From positions 64,172,001-64,236,000 of the forward strand of contig CM052816.1 of NCBI GenBank assembly GCA_028534125.1: a stretch of 64,000 nt of DNA. The letters run 5' to 3'. The notes beneath the pieces are model-generated. The model did not search any database, had not been told where the DNA came from, and was given only the letters and a program-made list of their open reading frames with translations. How positions within the stretch are numbered: position 1 is the first letter of the stretch; each line of letters starts with the position of its first letter. The DNA comes from Lama glama. Taxonomy: Eukaryota. This document shows, piece by piece, positions 28,626 to 43,336 of this stretch. Position numbers and translations under genes: made by a program.

Positions 28626-30214
28626 TTACCCAGCACCAAAAGGTATACTCCTGCAAACCCCTGTGTAGAACACTTTGATGCTAAGGAAAACTGAGACTCA
28701 AAAAATGAAAACAGGATCGAAGGGCTCAGACTGTAAGTGATTCTCTGGAAACTTTTATAAATATTTTTACATTTAATTAAATAATTAAGAGAACATATTA
28801 AGTAAATAAAATATCAGTGACATTAAACACATAGGGTAGTAATAATGGGTTCTTGTACAATTAATTTCTACTTGCCATATATTTTTAGCTAGAAACATCT
28901 TCTAGTCTCTCCTTTTCCCTTGGTTTCAACGACAGACTTTTAAATGTGTTTTGTTTTCTGGTAGGCCTCCCAGGTCCCACCCCAGGCCCACAGTCACTTA
29001 CAGGTCTGAGATGCTTTGGGTAATTTTACTCCCACAGAGGAGGCATATCTCAAACTCATGCCCAACCTTACAGGGTTATATAACATTTCCTCTGCTCATG
29101 GTAACTTTGTGCCAAAGGACAGACACAGGGTGCAGTGCTGAAGCCTGTGCAGACCCTCCTTAGCATCTCGGCCAAAACGTCTAGTTTACCATTCACTCTG
29201 CCTCCCTTTTTAGTTTCAATGCCCAGGGTTCCACAGTCTTCTATAGGAACTCAAAATTAGAAGTTATCAGAACCCAAATTCTTATTTTTGGAGAGGGGAA
29301 ACCTGGAAGTCAAGCCAGGCGAAATTTGGTGTAAGAAGAATATAAAAGTGAAAAAAATTAATGTAAAAATATTAAAAATGGAGATGTAGAATACTCTAGG
29401 ACTGTTTTAAACTATTTCCTGATAATACAGATTTAATTTGGGCAAACATCTCACTCCAACAGAAGGGATAAAGTTAATTGAAATAACAAACTTATTCTAT
29501 AAGTCAGAAATTCTCTCCTGCTTACTTTTCTTCTGTTCTAACACCACCTCTCACATGGACAGTGTGGGCTTTCTCAGTGTGACAGCCTCAGGATAGCCAG
29601 ACTTTTTACAGGAAAACTCACGGCCCCAAGATGGAACCTTCTAAGAGACGGTAAGTAGACACAGCTAGTCACTTAAGGCTTGAGCCCAGAAACAGGCCCA
29701 ACATCTACTCTCGTATTTTGTTGGTCAAACGTCTATAAAAATGAGAGAACACAGACCTCACGTCTCAATGAGACAGAATCAGAGCATCTGTGGCCACTGT
29801 CATCTATCACAATTATCAGGAAATATTATAAATCTGCTACATTACAAAATGAAAAACAAAGGTATTTACCAATGGGTATGAGAATGTTGTTAGTTAAAAT
29901 AATCAAATCTAAATAAACCACTCAACATATAAGAAGAGGTGCAAGTCAATGAAAAACAAAAGTCATTATGAAAACTTAATAGCATAAAAGGTATCTCAAC
30001 ACACAGTGCAATATTAAGTGCTGATTTGTATGCTAATTCCTGTCCCTTCAAGGAAAATCCTAACAATATCATGTTATACATGTTAGGCTTCTAAATAGAG
30101 TCTAGATTTAAAGTTTTAAAATGTCTATCTTTAGGGTACAAAGATCACTCCGAGTACAGCTAACATACTTCTAAAAGCGGACGATGGCATCTTTATTTAT
30201 CCACTTGGCAACAG

Positions 30215-30430
30215 ATGCTGCCATTTATTGAATATACTTCACACTAATGCCGTGTGAAGTATTTTACATACATTATCGCATTTCACCCTTGCAGGAAGAC
30301 CTTACTTTACAGATAAGGAAACTGAGGTTCAGAGACAAGGGGAAATGTTGCGCTACTATCAAAGATGGGAGGCAGGATTTGATACCAGGGCTCAAGATCT
30401 CCCCAAATCAATACTCTTAAATACTATGGC
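30215..30430 (-). mobile_element. MIR SINE relic
   Basis: ccatttattgaatatact...ttttacagataaggaaactgaggttcagaga. Confidence 0.75.
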
Positions 30431-33400
30431 CTTTAGCCTCCTGCCTGGATATGTGGTCAAAAAGTACTTCTGTAAGTTAAGATTCATATGTTTAACTAGC
30501 ATACATGAATTCCAAGATTAATGATTTTAGCTTTTTGACAGAATCATTGTTCCATACCTCATATTTTAGCAGTGTAATACAAGTGGTATATTACTGTCGA
30601 AAATTATGAAGTAGTCTAAATGTACTGCTAATAAACCCTGCAGTTTATTTAACCACCTATTCTTATGTACTTAGAACATGTTGCATGTGTAGAAGTATAT
30701 CCAACAAAAAATGATACAGGTTCATCTAAAAAGATCTAATTAAATAAACGAAAACTTCATTTTTCAGGACTGACAGGCATAGCAAACAAGTCATTTCACT
30801 GCAGATTAAAACAGCAGATAAACAATCAAAAGCTCAACTTACAATTCAGGACTGATTATTCAAGTCAGAAGAAATCTGTTTTCTCTGAAAATACGATGCT
30901 ACACTACTATGAGGTCTGTTAGAGCGGAGTTGCGTCAGCACTTCTGGGATAATGCACTTGTGTGAGACTGTGTGCTCTTTGCCTGCTGGGTGTATTGCTG
31001 GGTGGAGCATTATGATTTGTGACTGAATAAATCAGCTAGCCATTCTCTATTTATTGCTATTTCCCACAGTCAATAAAATTTGTTTTTAAAGTTCTTTCTA
31101 CTTCATGGGTTTTTGTTAATATGCAAATTGATTCAGTAATTAATATAAAAGCTGGACATTTTCTGTAAAAGACACTTAAGAATTTTTGATAAATGTTGCT
31201 CTTCTCCCTATTTTCCAGAAGATACTCTGTGTATAATGCTACTGGAGAGAGTGCAGGAGCAGTGGCATTGGCGGGGGGAGGGGGGTGCAGAGGAGCAGGA
31301 CAACCGACACCACGTTCTCTAAAGGTGAGAATTAGAAAGGTCAGTGATTCTCTTCTCTTCTGTCTCAGAGGTGAAAAATGAAGACCGTTACATTAAAATT
31401 TTAATTTCTTCTTTTTAATATCATGTTTATTTTTACAAAACAGTAGCAGGCAAAGTAAAACAATCACTTTTGGTACTTCCCAGGGTTTCACAGTTACAAA
31501 ATAATTCATAATATTTATTGTATTTATTTTTGTTCTCAGAGGCTATTAAAAGAGGCTAGAATTTCATGCATGATCCAATTAACTAATTATACTTATTTAG
31601 AGGCCATGAAATGCCTAATTGCAGTCACAAATAGGAGATCACTGGCACAATTAGTTGTGCTAGCAAAACTATAGTCACCAAATTTCTTGGGTCAGACCAC
31701 ACAAAAATTGTGACTCTAATTATAGTATTGTTCTCAGAACAATTCAGTCTTAATATGTTAGTAATCTACGTTGGGAAAATAACTGATAAAAACATTCTCC
31801 TTACTTTAAACTTGGTAGGCTAATTCCTAATTCACTGAAAAACTTCTGGGGAAATTTTAAAATAAAGCCTCGGGGACACTGTAAAGAGAGAGTTTTTGAG
31901 ATCACTTAGGTCAAGCAGGGCTAAACCCTCAGTAAAGGGGCAGACAATCAATTATCGTTCAACCAGACTCTGAGAAAAGACTGAAGTAAAATAACCATCT
32001 TTTTGTTGTCAAGAAAGAAAATAAACCACAGATATTCTAAAACAGCAAACCAGTGTCCTGGATAATGTTCCTTTCAGGCAAACCTGTGGCCTTCATCTAG
32101 TATGTGGCCTTCCTGTACCATCTGACTTGTCAGTGCTGTTGGGTCAACATGCATAACTCTTCAAAAATGACCTGACCCCATTAGGAACCTGGTTCTATAG
32201 GAAATGAACAGAGCCAGCTCCTCCACCACTCACCACCCTCTCCTTTGTAAGGGAGGGAGGAAGGGAAAGAGAAAAAATCAGAAAAACGAGAAAAAGGCAC
32301 AATGACAAACGATGTCTTACTTTGAGATATGAAAAGGGCAGGCAACAGTAGGAGAAGGAATGTGAGCTGTGGTGACCTGCGAGGTCATTTTCCACGTACT
32401 CTGCACTGGCTGCTTAACTCAACTGTCTTCATAAACAGTTCCATGATTCGACCAATAGTCATGACTCCAAGTCTGTATAAATCTAGCTCTGAAAATACTC
32501 TAGGCCTTCAGGATGCCACTCTCCTACAAGCTTCCCGTTGGGCCCACTTTCCCAACATAGACAAAAGACTCTTGGAATAAGAAAAAAGTGTTGTATATTA
32601 TCTAAATCATCTTAATTTAGGCCTCAAGAATCCACAGTATGCCATTTTACAGGTAAGGAAATTGTGGTTCCATCTAAGGAACTTGTCCAGGGCTACCATT
32701 AGTAAATATAAGGATTGTACTTCAAGAGTGTCTGGCTCCAATAACCCCTGTTCTTTATATTCCGACTGTAGGTTCTAAAACTGAAACAATCCTGTTTATA
32801 GACAGAGTTTATACCCATTGGCCTCTGAAAAAACATGCTTGGATAAGTGTGGGAAAGAATTATTTTGACTATATACTACAAATTGATACAGAATAGTGAC
32901 TTATAACATGAAAAGTATTAGATCTATCATCAAAATTTTCTGAAACATATCCTACATTATATAACCTCACTTCTTCACTTGTCTTACTTGGAATGCTTTT
33001 TAGTTTTCACTTACTCATTCTGTTTTCTAACTAGATTATAAGCTCCCCAATGGCAGTGCCTACTATAAGGCACTGCATTATATAGTAGGGTCTTGGCAAT
33101 TTACCTGCTGTTTTGGTAAGGCACTCTACAGCCTACCACGTTTACAGGTAAGTGCCTCCAAGCCACTGGTACAACCACCTTCCTTTCACTTACCATGGAG
33201 ATCCAATTTAGAACAAAAGAAATCAGGAACCCTACCAAAACAACTGAATTTACCAATGGTCATGATTATAAAATGCTGATGATCAGGTCAACACTTAAGC
33301 ACTATAGTTGTGTAAGAACCCCAAGGGAAACAGTTTACAGTATTGTCATTTTGGAACTGCAGTTTTATTCATAAAAACAATTTCTTCATACACTGACTTT

Positions 33401-33674
33401 TCTATAGAGTTCAGAAAGAATCTATGATGGGTACTGAGTTTCTTGGAGAACAGAATGTTTCATTTTGCTCTAATTCATTCTATTACTGAATTAAACTTTG
33501 ATGTATTGGTCTTGACAAGTGCTTCATGCTGACTGTACTGTGTATGATAGTATAATCACTCCCCATGCATTTCCTACTGGCCGGCTGATTAATGCAATAG
33601 ATTACCTGCAGCACTGATGGCAAGGGGGAATCATTGCCCTTCTGTACTCTAAACTGGTTTGTATTTCACTGTGC

Positions 33675-33706
33675 ATGTGTGTGTGCACGTGTGTGTGTGT
33701 GTGTGT
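33675..33706. repeat. Interrupted (GT)n microsatellite
   Basis: Directly visible GT run interrupted by gcac. Confidence 0.9.
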
Positions 33707-36700
33707 CCGTGAAGATTCACCTGTACGTGGGCAGAGAAGATGGGAAAAACTAGAAGTGTAGGAAAAGAAAACTGAGGACACAGTGAAGATTAATGCCTTT
33801 CAATCACTGTTCTCAGTACACCAAAAATATTCACTTCTTAATGCTTCCGAAGAGGTGTCAAGCATTACATTTCAATTATTCATTCATCTTTTATTAACAA
33901 ATATTTACAAGCATCAACTCTATGCCAAGCATATTTTTCTTTTTATCTTTACTAGAAAACTAACTTGGAAAAAACAGACCACTTTCTGTGTTTTTATTAG
34001 TGGCAAAAGGAAAAAAGTGGGGGGGTGAGATTATCAAATGGACACTAATACAAGGAAGAACAAGGACGGCCATGAATTTAGTTTAAATGCCCCAATAGAC
34101 AGCAATTGACAATAAGATTATTAAACACAGCGAGTGATTTAATGGTGTTAAAACAAACAAGAATCTGTCAGACTACCTGGTCTTCACAGGACCATAAAGA
34201 GCATTTTCTGTGTATGATCAATATGTATGGTGAATAGGTTGCTGGATATATTAATCTCATCTTTAAACATATGTGTGGCGAAATCAGACTTTCGTGGTCT
34301 TGGCAGCATTTTGACAGCATTCCTCCTAAGAGAATTTTCTCCTTGTTCCAAGCTTATATTTGAACCAAGTGTCCCGTTTAGGCTCCTCCCACCTAACCCT
34401 CAGCCCTTTCTCATCCACAAAGGAAGACTGTGGTTTCCAATCTAAGCCATTTCAAGGCATTAATCACTTAAGTCTGATTCTTAATTACGAATGATTCTCA
34501 CTCTGTCCTCAAGGTTTGCTGAAGCAAATTCTGACATCTACTGAATATCCCCGAAAAGACAGAGGCTGGGAAGCATGACCTGAGGTCATCAAGATTCAGC
34601 TGGTCATAACTCAAAATCACAGAGATTTGGATTTCTATGTCAAAAGTCATCTTTGTAAGAGAAGGCACACAGCTGAGTTAGCCATATTTTGCACAACCGC
34701 TACTATCATCACTCCTGGCTATTTGTCTCTAGATCAGAGCCTGAGAAAATAGCCCTAAAACCAGTTAACAGTTACTAACTCATCCAAGCACTTTAATGTC
34801 AGAAGGTAACTGTATTTTACATACTACACAGAGTCCTTTCCTTATTTCAATTTGGAATTTTTAAACTGAACACTAAAAACAGTGTTATGCAATTATCAGA
34901 CAAGCTTATAGTAGCCTCACAAAAATTTGCCTGCTGCAAATCATTTACCAGCCTGCCTTCTCTCTGAAATACATAAGGGAAAGTTATTCATATAAGTAAA
35001 AAGTCACCCTTTGGTACATCTCTAGGATGAGTGGCTATTTAAAACCCTATTGAAGATAGTCATTATCAAATATGCACTTTTAATCTCAGAATCCTTTGTT
35101 CCAGAGAAATCTTAATGGAAAGCCTGGTGTGCAAAGTGGTGAAAGCCACTCTACTTGGACTGAGAAGGAACTGCCTCCTGCCACCGGTACCCTTCTCCCT
35201 CCCACCCACCCCAGGGGCACTATGGGGCAGTGCCTGAACCTGACAGCATTCGCAAAGCACCTCGCTAGGCGCCGGCGCACACAGAGAACAGCCTAAGTGG
35301 CCGCGTCAGTCTACCCCTGGCTTCCACTTCTTTCATTCCAGCTCCTGGCATCCCCTGGGAATCACAGATGGCTTACAATGAGGCTTCTCAGACCTCGTTA
35401 ATTTTTGTATGCTGCCACTTCAGGGTAAGAAGTGGTGAAAGGAAATGATCCCCACCTGTCTTTCTTCATTTTCACTCACTCCTCCTAGACTCTACCATGA
35501 TGGTACTCTCTAGAGGTCCACACTCTAGCAAGGAGACTCCCCCAGCCAGATTGCCCTTTGGTGGCAGTTTCTTGAAGGCAAGTGTAATATTAACTCTTAG
35601 GAAGTGGGAAAATTAAGGAGCGAACTTTATAAAAGTAAGGAGGACACATCATACCAATGCTCTGACATTCCTATTAGTCACAAATGTGAGAACAGTACCT
35701 ACTACCAATGGACTCATGTAATAAATAGAAAGATAGCATAAAAGAAAGTAACTGGAAGTTATTCTTGGTACAAGTAATGCCACCAGCACACTACATATAT
35801 AATATAGAACACTAATGTGTACTGCATCTTAACTTCTAATTAAATCTCCATGGTCTATATTTAAAAGAGTTTTATAAAAATACACAAGAAGGCGATTCCT
35901 CAAGTGTTGTTACAAATTACCCAATTGTACACCTAAATAATTTAGACAATGAATATCATTAAGAGTCTCCAACTGGTTAAACGGGATCAAATCATCTGTA
36001 AAGTTCTCTTTCAATTCTGAGAATGTACTATTTTTCTATTAATATGTATTTTTAAATGTTTCTCTTTATTTCTACTCTTTCCCATACAGAGTATTGAATG
36101 GACAGTTAAGTCCCAGCAGCTGCAGTCAAGAGAAAGACGGCTGACAGTATTACACAGGACAGATTTATCATAGGTTTGCCCACTGTATAGAAACATGCAT
36201 TCTCTCTTCTGGCTAACTTCTGACCCAAACTAGAAATGACTCTGCCCACTTAATGCAGCATAAAATAAACCCCTCTTCCCATTCCCACAGCAGAGCAGAA
36301 CCCAGAGGCCTCTGACCCAAGAACACAGAGGTCTCACAGTTTTAAAAGACAGAAAGCAGTAGGACTACACAACGGAGAAAGAAACCAGGCCCCAGTAATG
36401 AGGACCCAGCAGCAGAGACACATTCTGAGAACAGTGCTGGAGGGAAGCAAAGCCTCCTGAGCAATACAATTGACAAAGCCTCTGTATTTACAGGGAGCTC
36501 TGAATAATGGGCAAAAAAGCAGAGGCTGAGACAGGAGCACACAACCCCACTCCAGAGCAGGACAGCCTGGCCCATGGGCAGGAGAGGTCTGCAGAGCCCA
36601 CAGACCACATGAGATGACACAGGCCAGGACAAAGACAGTGACCTTAGGGCTTTCGCTGGCTCCGCAACAAAGGGGACTGGAAAATGAGAATAAAACTTCA

Positions 36701-37039
36701 ATGTATCCCAACTGCAGTATTTGTATTTTATGATATGCTTAAGTTTATTATATCGTATACTTCTCAGTCAGTAGCATGTATTTGGCTATTCTACATTAAT
36801 GTCTTGTTTCCGAGTCTGAAGTTAGAGAGTCCCTGTGAACACAGATGGCAGCTAGACAAGGTAAGCTCTGCTGACAGCTGCAATCAGGACTGTGGGACCA
36901 TGGGTGGGCGGACCAGGCCAGGCGGCTTTTACAGGGTTTAATGCCATCTAGGTGAGCTTCACCTCACCCCTGCTTGCAGAAAGACTGCCAGGCAGAGAGG
37001 CCTTTTAAAATAAGCTGAGGATGGTGTCTAGTTTGATGG

Positions 37040-37248
37040 TGAAGTCTTCAAGTCACTGACTACTAGGATCAAGTTCCTGCTTCGCTGCTGTAACCTCAGG
37101 CAAGTTATCTGGTCTCCTTGTGCCTTACCTGTTTTCTCACCTGTAAAATGGGCTACTAACTGTACCTATCTCACAGGGTTGTTTTAAGAATTAAATAAAA
37201 TAATGCACGCATTAAGTGCTTAGCATAATGCCTGATAAGTAAGTGCTG
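37040..37248 (+). mobile_element. MIR SINE
   Basis: gctgtaacctcaggcaagttat...ttttctcacctgtaaaatggg...tacctatctcacagggttgttttaagaattaaat...gtgcttagcataatgcctga follows the MIR consensus order. Confidence 0.85.
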
Positions 37249-40200
37249 GTATCTGTGTTATCTTTAGTAGTGGGACCAAAATGGGAAATAAAGCAAAAAT
37301 CTGGATCCTTTGATGTCTACTCTCTCTCCTTCTCCTCCCTTTGAAGTGAAGTAACAATGAAGAATAACAAGGTTGGACTGAAAATCTTAAAGACAACATT
37401 TTGGATAGTGAGTCTGAACCCTTTACACCCTTTCCCATTGAGCTCACCCCTGTTCTGTTCATGTTATTCCTTCTTTCTGGAGTATTTTCTCTACTTCTTC
37501 TCTACAACTCCCCTCCACAAACATCCTGTAAAACCATGTCAAGCTCAGTCTACACAAATATTTGTACTATGTGAATAAATTACTCTATCAAAGTGCTCCC
37601 CAGGTCATCCATGCCTGTACTAATTTCTCATGTCTCCTGATGGCTGCATCTCCCTACTCTCGAGATACTCCCAGTACCATTATCAATGGTAAAATCAAAT
37701 ATTGAATACATTTTTCCCTCTTGACATAGCAAGTACTTAATACACACTGATAGAGAAGCCACAAGACTTTTGAAAAGAAGGGTTAACAGGAAGGCATTAA
37801 AATGGTGTAAGTGGTAAAGCTGTATTCCTCTTGTGCCCAGGGAAGACAAACTGGTAGGTGACAAGCAATCCCTCATATGTGGTTCATAGGATTACATGCT
37901 ACACTTACAGCTACATGGGAGTTACTAAGTCGGTACTGACATCTTTTTGCTGCAAGGACACTCTGGGAATTGCTATTTTCTCTATGGCACTAGCAGTGAG
38001 GTACCAACTTACACAGCAAACCACACTGGGATGCTTTCCAGTTCTCAATGAGAAGTAGTTACTCCTTAGTCTATTTACTAGCCATCACTAACTTCAAATC
38101 GTGGAACGTCTAAGTTTGAATTTACCATAGAAAATAAGTAAGGAGTTCAAAACAGCGGGGTGAATTACTAAGCCTATTGCTTTCAGAGATGTAAGGATAT
38201 TTCTTTGAATTTTTTCCAAAACTACCTCCAAAGCAGAGCCTTTCTTTTTGGCTGTGCACAAAGGCCCTCCTACGTTACTTAGAGTACCATTTTGAATGTG
38301 TGACTTAAGCATATGTCTTCCTCCTTATTCAAGGATAACATGGGTGGGTGCAGAAGAGGCCCACAGACATGACTACCTGTACCTGGAGAGGTAGCTGGGA
38401 CAAAGTTCTAGGTCCATGGAGTAGGTAGTTGTTAGTACTTTGCAATAAATGTGGTCCCAATAGGCAGGCTAAGTTCTCTACTGCTGAATGTAGATCTATC
38501 CTGATTCCAAGTTCCCTGAATCTTTTGTACCCACTCCATCTACCCAGAACCCAACCTACCAAGGAATATTACAGCTGTTGCTTAATAACAGTATACAAGG
38601 AAATGCAAACTAGAAAGAAGTATCTAAATACGGCTATTCCTGCTCACACACAGTTAGGTATCTCGATCAAAAGCTGTAAAAAGAACTCAGAGATACCATC
38701 TTGTTTTTGTGAACTGAGTGAGCACATTCCAGAGCAGCAAGGCTTTTGCAATGGCAGCCTAGCCTCCCTCCAAGAAACAAGGTTTACATGCCAGACAGCA
38801 AAACACATGACTCAGTTCAGAGAGAAAGTGTTTAAAATTTGGGGTGAAAAACATATTATGTAATATATATTATGACAGTGAAAATTTAAGATTTTTTTCC
38901 CTGTGCTAAAACTGTAATTAAATCTTATTTAACTGTTTCCTCTAATGACATCCATTTTAATTAGGTTTTAATAGACTGGCAGCCACAACCTATAGTTTTA
39001 TGAAGCAAAGTAAAATTACAGTCTAGGAAGACATTTAAGGAAAAAGACCCATCAACACAGATGAGAGGTTACAATATATCCTCTCATCCCTAAAGACCCC
39101 CACAGTAATTAAGTGTGCTGAACAGACAGCCATTAGGGCTAACAGTAGGTGTGCCTGCCACCAATCAGCACTGGGTTGTTCCTTGAAATCCAAGGGTTAC
39201 TTCTGTGATCTGCTTTTCAGAAAATTCGCATGGAATAAAGAACACAATTGAAGAGGTGTGTGTTCTATAGTCCTACCAACTATATGTAGTCTCTACCATT
39301 CAGTGTGCTTTCTGTCTAATATTTTAATGTACACATGTTCTTATAGCTGATCATAATACAACAACATGCATCTTGAGAAGATTGCCATATGTTCGGGAAA
39401 ACGAACATCATGTGGAGAAAGTAAAATTAATGTATGAAAAACTGATTCACATGCGAGATAAATGTATCTGCAAATGAGATGCACTAAACAGGATCTTAAT
39501 AGTATGCACCTATATCTATTTCATACTACATTACGAAAATCAGGGAGTAAATCACAAAAATTAACTCAGACCAAATGAATATCACAGGCATGTATTACAG
39601 AAAAGAACTAAGCATAATCTCCCTCTGTCAGCCAGAGGATGAGGGAAAGAATTGTGGCCTGTTGCTACCTCAAATAAGTTTACATATATGTATTTGAAAA
39701 AAAGAAATAGTTAAATTAATATGTTATTTTAAAAAGTAATTTTGAAACATCAGCACTTAAATTTTAATAAATCACATATACTCAAAAAACTGTAAATCTT
39801 GGGGAGAGGGATATCTGAGCTTATGAAAAAATTAAAATTCTGTAATCTGGCTGACAATCTGATGCTTCCAAATCCCTCTGCCAAGAAGCAGAGTTACTTG
39901 GCTAGGATACTCTTACTTGTACACTTTCATCAGATTAAAGCTTTCATGCCAGGAATTTTTTTTTCTGGCGTAATGGCCATTGCCAGAAATGGACCCATCG
40001 AATCCACCGGTGCTAAGGAGTTAAGCATCTGAGATTTAATTTAACAGTTTCAGCTTTATTAAGCTGTCACAGAGCGGCCCTACTTTGATAACAGTAGCTG
40101 CTCCAATTATGGCTTGGTTTAGGGTTGACAAGTATAATGATTCATTCGTGGCACATGAGAAGCAATAAAAGGTTGTTTTGCATTACAGCTTTAAAAATGT

Positions 40201-42532
40201 GGGCACTTTTTTCATTTAATTTGTCACTTAGCTTTTGCTAAGAGGACATTTAAATTGCAGTAAAAGGCAAATGGGGCTTTTAGTTTAAATGTAATCCCCA
40301 TATTTAAATGATCTGTAATGGTGCAGTGTTGGAGTGGGAACACTATTGTCTCACAGTGGGTCCTGCTGGTGACATGTGACATTTGTATTCAGGTCCTGTA
40401 TTATCCATGTGGCTAAAGGGCTTCCAATTTCATTTCACAGCCAGAAGCCTGCAGAAAACACCAATTAACTTGCAGATCCCATTTGCCGACAAAACTCAGC
40501 CTCTTCTCAATGTCTGGCATCTGGCAGTGCTCAGCATTTAATTCCAAAGCAGAGCCTTGAAGCAATGTGAGCCCTGTACAGGGGCTCAAAGTCAGATTTT
40601 CCCATTTTCTTAAGAAGCAAAATTCTTTCCTTTTACAGTCCAGAAGCAACTTTTAGTTAATTTTTTTTGGTGAATGAATATTAAGATGTGATAGCTATTG
40701 TTACTCCTCTGTGAGATTCTTCCCAGAACTTAGACCTCCTTAAAATGGCAAGTGACCTGCACAAACCATCAGAGTATACAGGAGAAAGTATAGCAGTCTA
40801 GTAATGATGAGGTGGTGGGTAGGGGGGGTAATCTGTGAAAGAAGAAAACACAGGGCAAGAATAGGTATTCTTCATCCTGGACTGAAATCAAAGAACTTAT
40901 ATAAAGTCTGGTCCATAATTAAGAAGTAGTCCATCAGAGGGTATAACTAGAATCAGCTGCTGAAAAATTCCACTTAATGAGAATTAATGCTTTTGATTGA
41001 GGGTTGAGGTACATAATTTTCAAAGCCAACTTGCAGAAATGACATACGACTAATTGATTAAACACAAATATTGAAAATTTTATTTAACGTATCACTTGTA
41101 CCTTTTCTTGGTATTCAGTTGGTATTTTCTTCCTAATTAGTTATTTGTAATTGTAAGCTTCTTTAAGTACCAAAGCTCTTTAAATTTTATTCATTTAATA
41201 TTAATTCAGTTATTTTTCCTTAAATGATTCCCTTTGTTATAGTTTTTTAAATGCTAATCCTTTTTATTGCCATAAACAAACTAGTCAATTCAACATTCAC
41301 TGTAGAGTTACAAAATTGAGGAGGCTTTACTTGTAAATCAATCAGTATTCTATAAAAATATTTGTTTAAACCATGTATTTACACTTTTGTTCTCCAACCA
41401 TCACACTGGGCCCCCAAACATCCAACACACTGAAAGGATCCACTGTAGTTATAGACTGATTCAAATTTTGATTGAAGGAGAGACCACTAACCATTATCTC
41501 AGGTGACCCAAGGAAAGTACTAAGATTAAATTATTACAAGATACTTAATAAAAATTCCAGGGGAAAGATCAACAAGTACCTAAGTGTTGGCAAACAGCAG
41601 ACATACATGTTAAAAAACAAACAGAAGTTGTCTGCCACAGCTAAGTTCCTGAATACATATCCTTACTAATGGGAAAAGGGAAACGCTGACGTCCAATTCT
41701 TTACCAACTTGCTGCATAACCCTAGGTCACACTATAAAAGTCCCTTAACCTCCCCAGACTTCAGTTTCCCTATCTGTAAACAGTCCATCTCAAAGGTCCC
41801 TTCCATGTATTATAACCCACACAACAGTTTCCCTTGGTCTAGACTTGACATGGGATTAAACAGAATGTTGTAGTCCATCATTAGCCAAGAAGAAGACCGA
41901 AGGTGAAGGCATGAAATGTCCTACTATTCAATTTCACTGAAACTAGGATCTTCTAGTAAATACATTCAGAAAATAAAATTAATACAGGCATTGATACAAT
42001 ATTTGTCAAAAATTTCATTTGTCACATACAGATTTTTTAATAGACAATACATCACTTATTCCCTAGCAATGAACACTGAGTAACAAGAATCATCCCCCTA
42101 AATTTCCCAGTGAACGTGACTAGTGGATTTCTCATTTTATTCAACCAGTTGCTATATTTATATCTTACCACCAGGGATATGGGAAGCAATAAAAATTAGA
42201 GTTTGCTGTATCTTTTCCAATCTGACGATTAACAGTTTACCTAAGTCTATAATGGCCAAAAAATAAAATAAATATTGAAACTACTTTTGATACTTCTAAT
42301 GTAGGCAAAAGAAGAAAATGACAAATTTTAGCTGAATTGATTACAGTATCATTCTAGAAATAAGTAACCAGTTCCATTACACCCAAATACATATTTTCAG
42401 ATATGTAGGTTTTTCCAAATATTTAAAGGCAGACCTGTGCTTGCCTTCCTCAAGACCAGAGAATTCCCCCAAAACACTGCCAAGCTTGTCTCCTGCAAAT
42501 GCCAATGCCAGCCCAAGTCCTCGTTCTACCTA

Positions 42533-42829
<297 letters not shown>

Positions 42830-43233
42830 CTAGTGGGGAAAAAAACAGACCTTCAGAAAAATGTTTAAAGATAAACAGCAATACAGGGTCAGGCTACTTT
42901 ATTTATTGGGGGGGATCAGGAGGGAGGGTGGGATGGTGGTGGTGGTGAAGTGACTTAAGAGAGTAAGATAAGTGACTATTAATTTTTTAAATTACATTTA
43001 TGAATCCACACGAGGAAAAGAAATTTGCCTAACTTTCCAATCCCCCAAACATGTTTTTCCCAGCCTACAGAAAAACAGTATCAAAACAAACAAGATAGAT
43101 CATTTGGCACTTTCCTGACTCCCCAGCTGACTATTACTTACCACCAGAGCAGCAGAGTCTAATGCAGTATACTGAGAATTCTAATCTTCTAAGTTGATCT
43201 GATAATGTTTATAATAATAGCATCTGTCCTTCA

Positions 43234-43336
43234 GTTTTTTTTTTAAAAAAAAGCTTTATTGAGCTTTAATTCAAATACCATACAATTTTCCAATTTAAAC
43301 TGTACTATTCAGTGGTTTTCAGTATATTCAGAGTTG
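43234..43336 (-). mobile_element. Short L1 (L1MB-like) 3'-end fragment
   Basis: Poly-T, then gctttattgagctttaattcaaataccatacaattttccaatttaaactgtac...tattcagagttg. Confidence 0.75.

Noticed and set aside
38429..38863. 144-aa plus ORF (likewise 59680-60111, 717-1115 and 36334-36711)
   Set aside because: No recognisable domain, mostly non-ATG starts, and lengths compatible with chance in 64 kb of intron.
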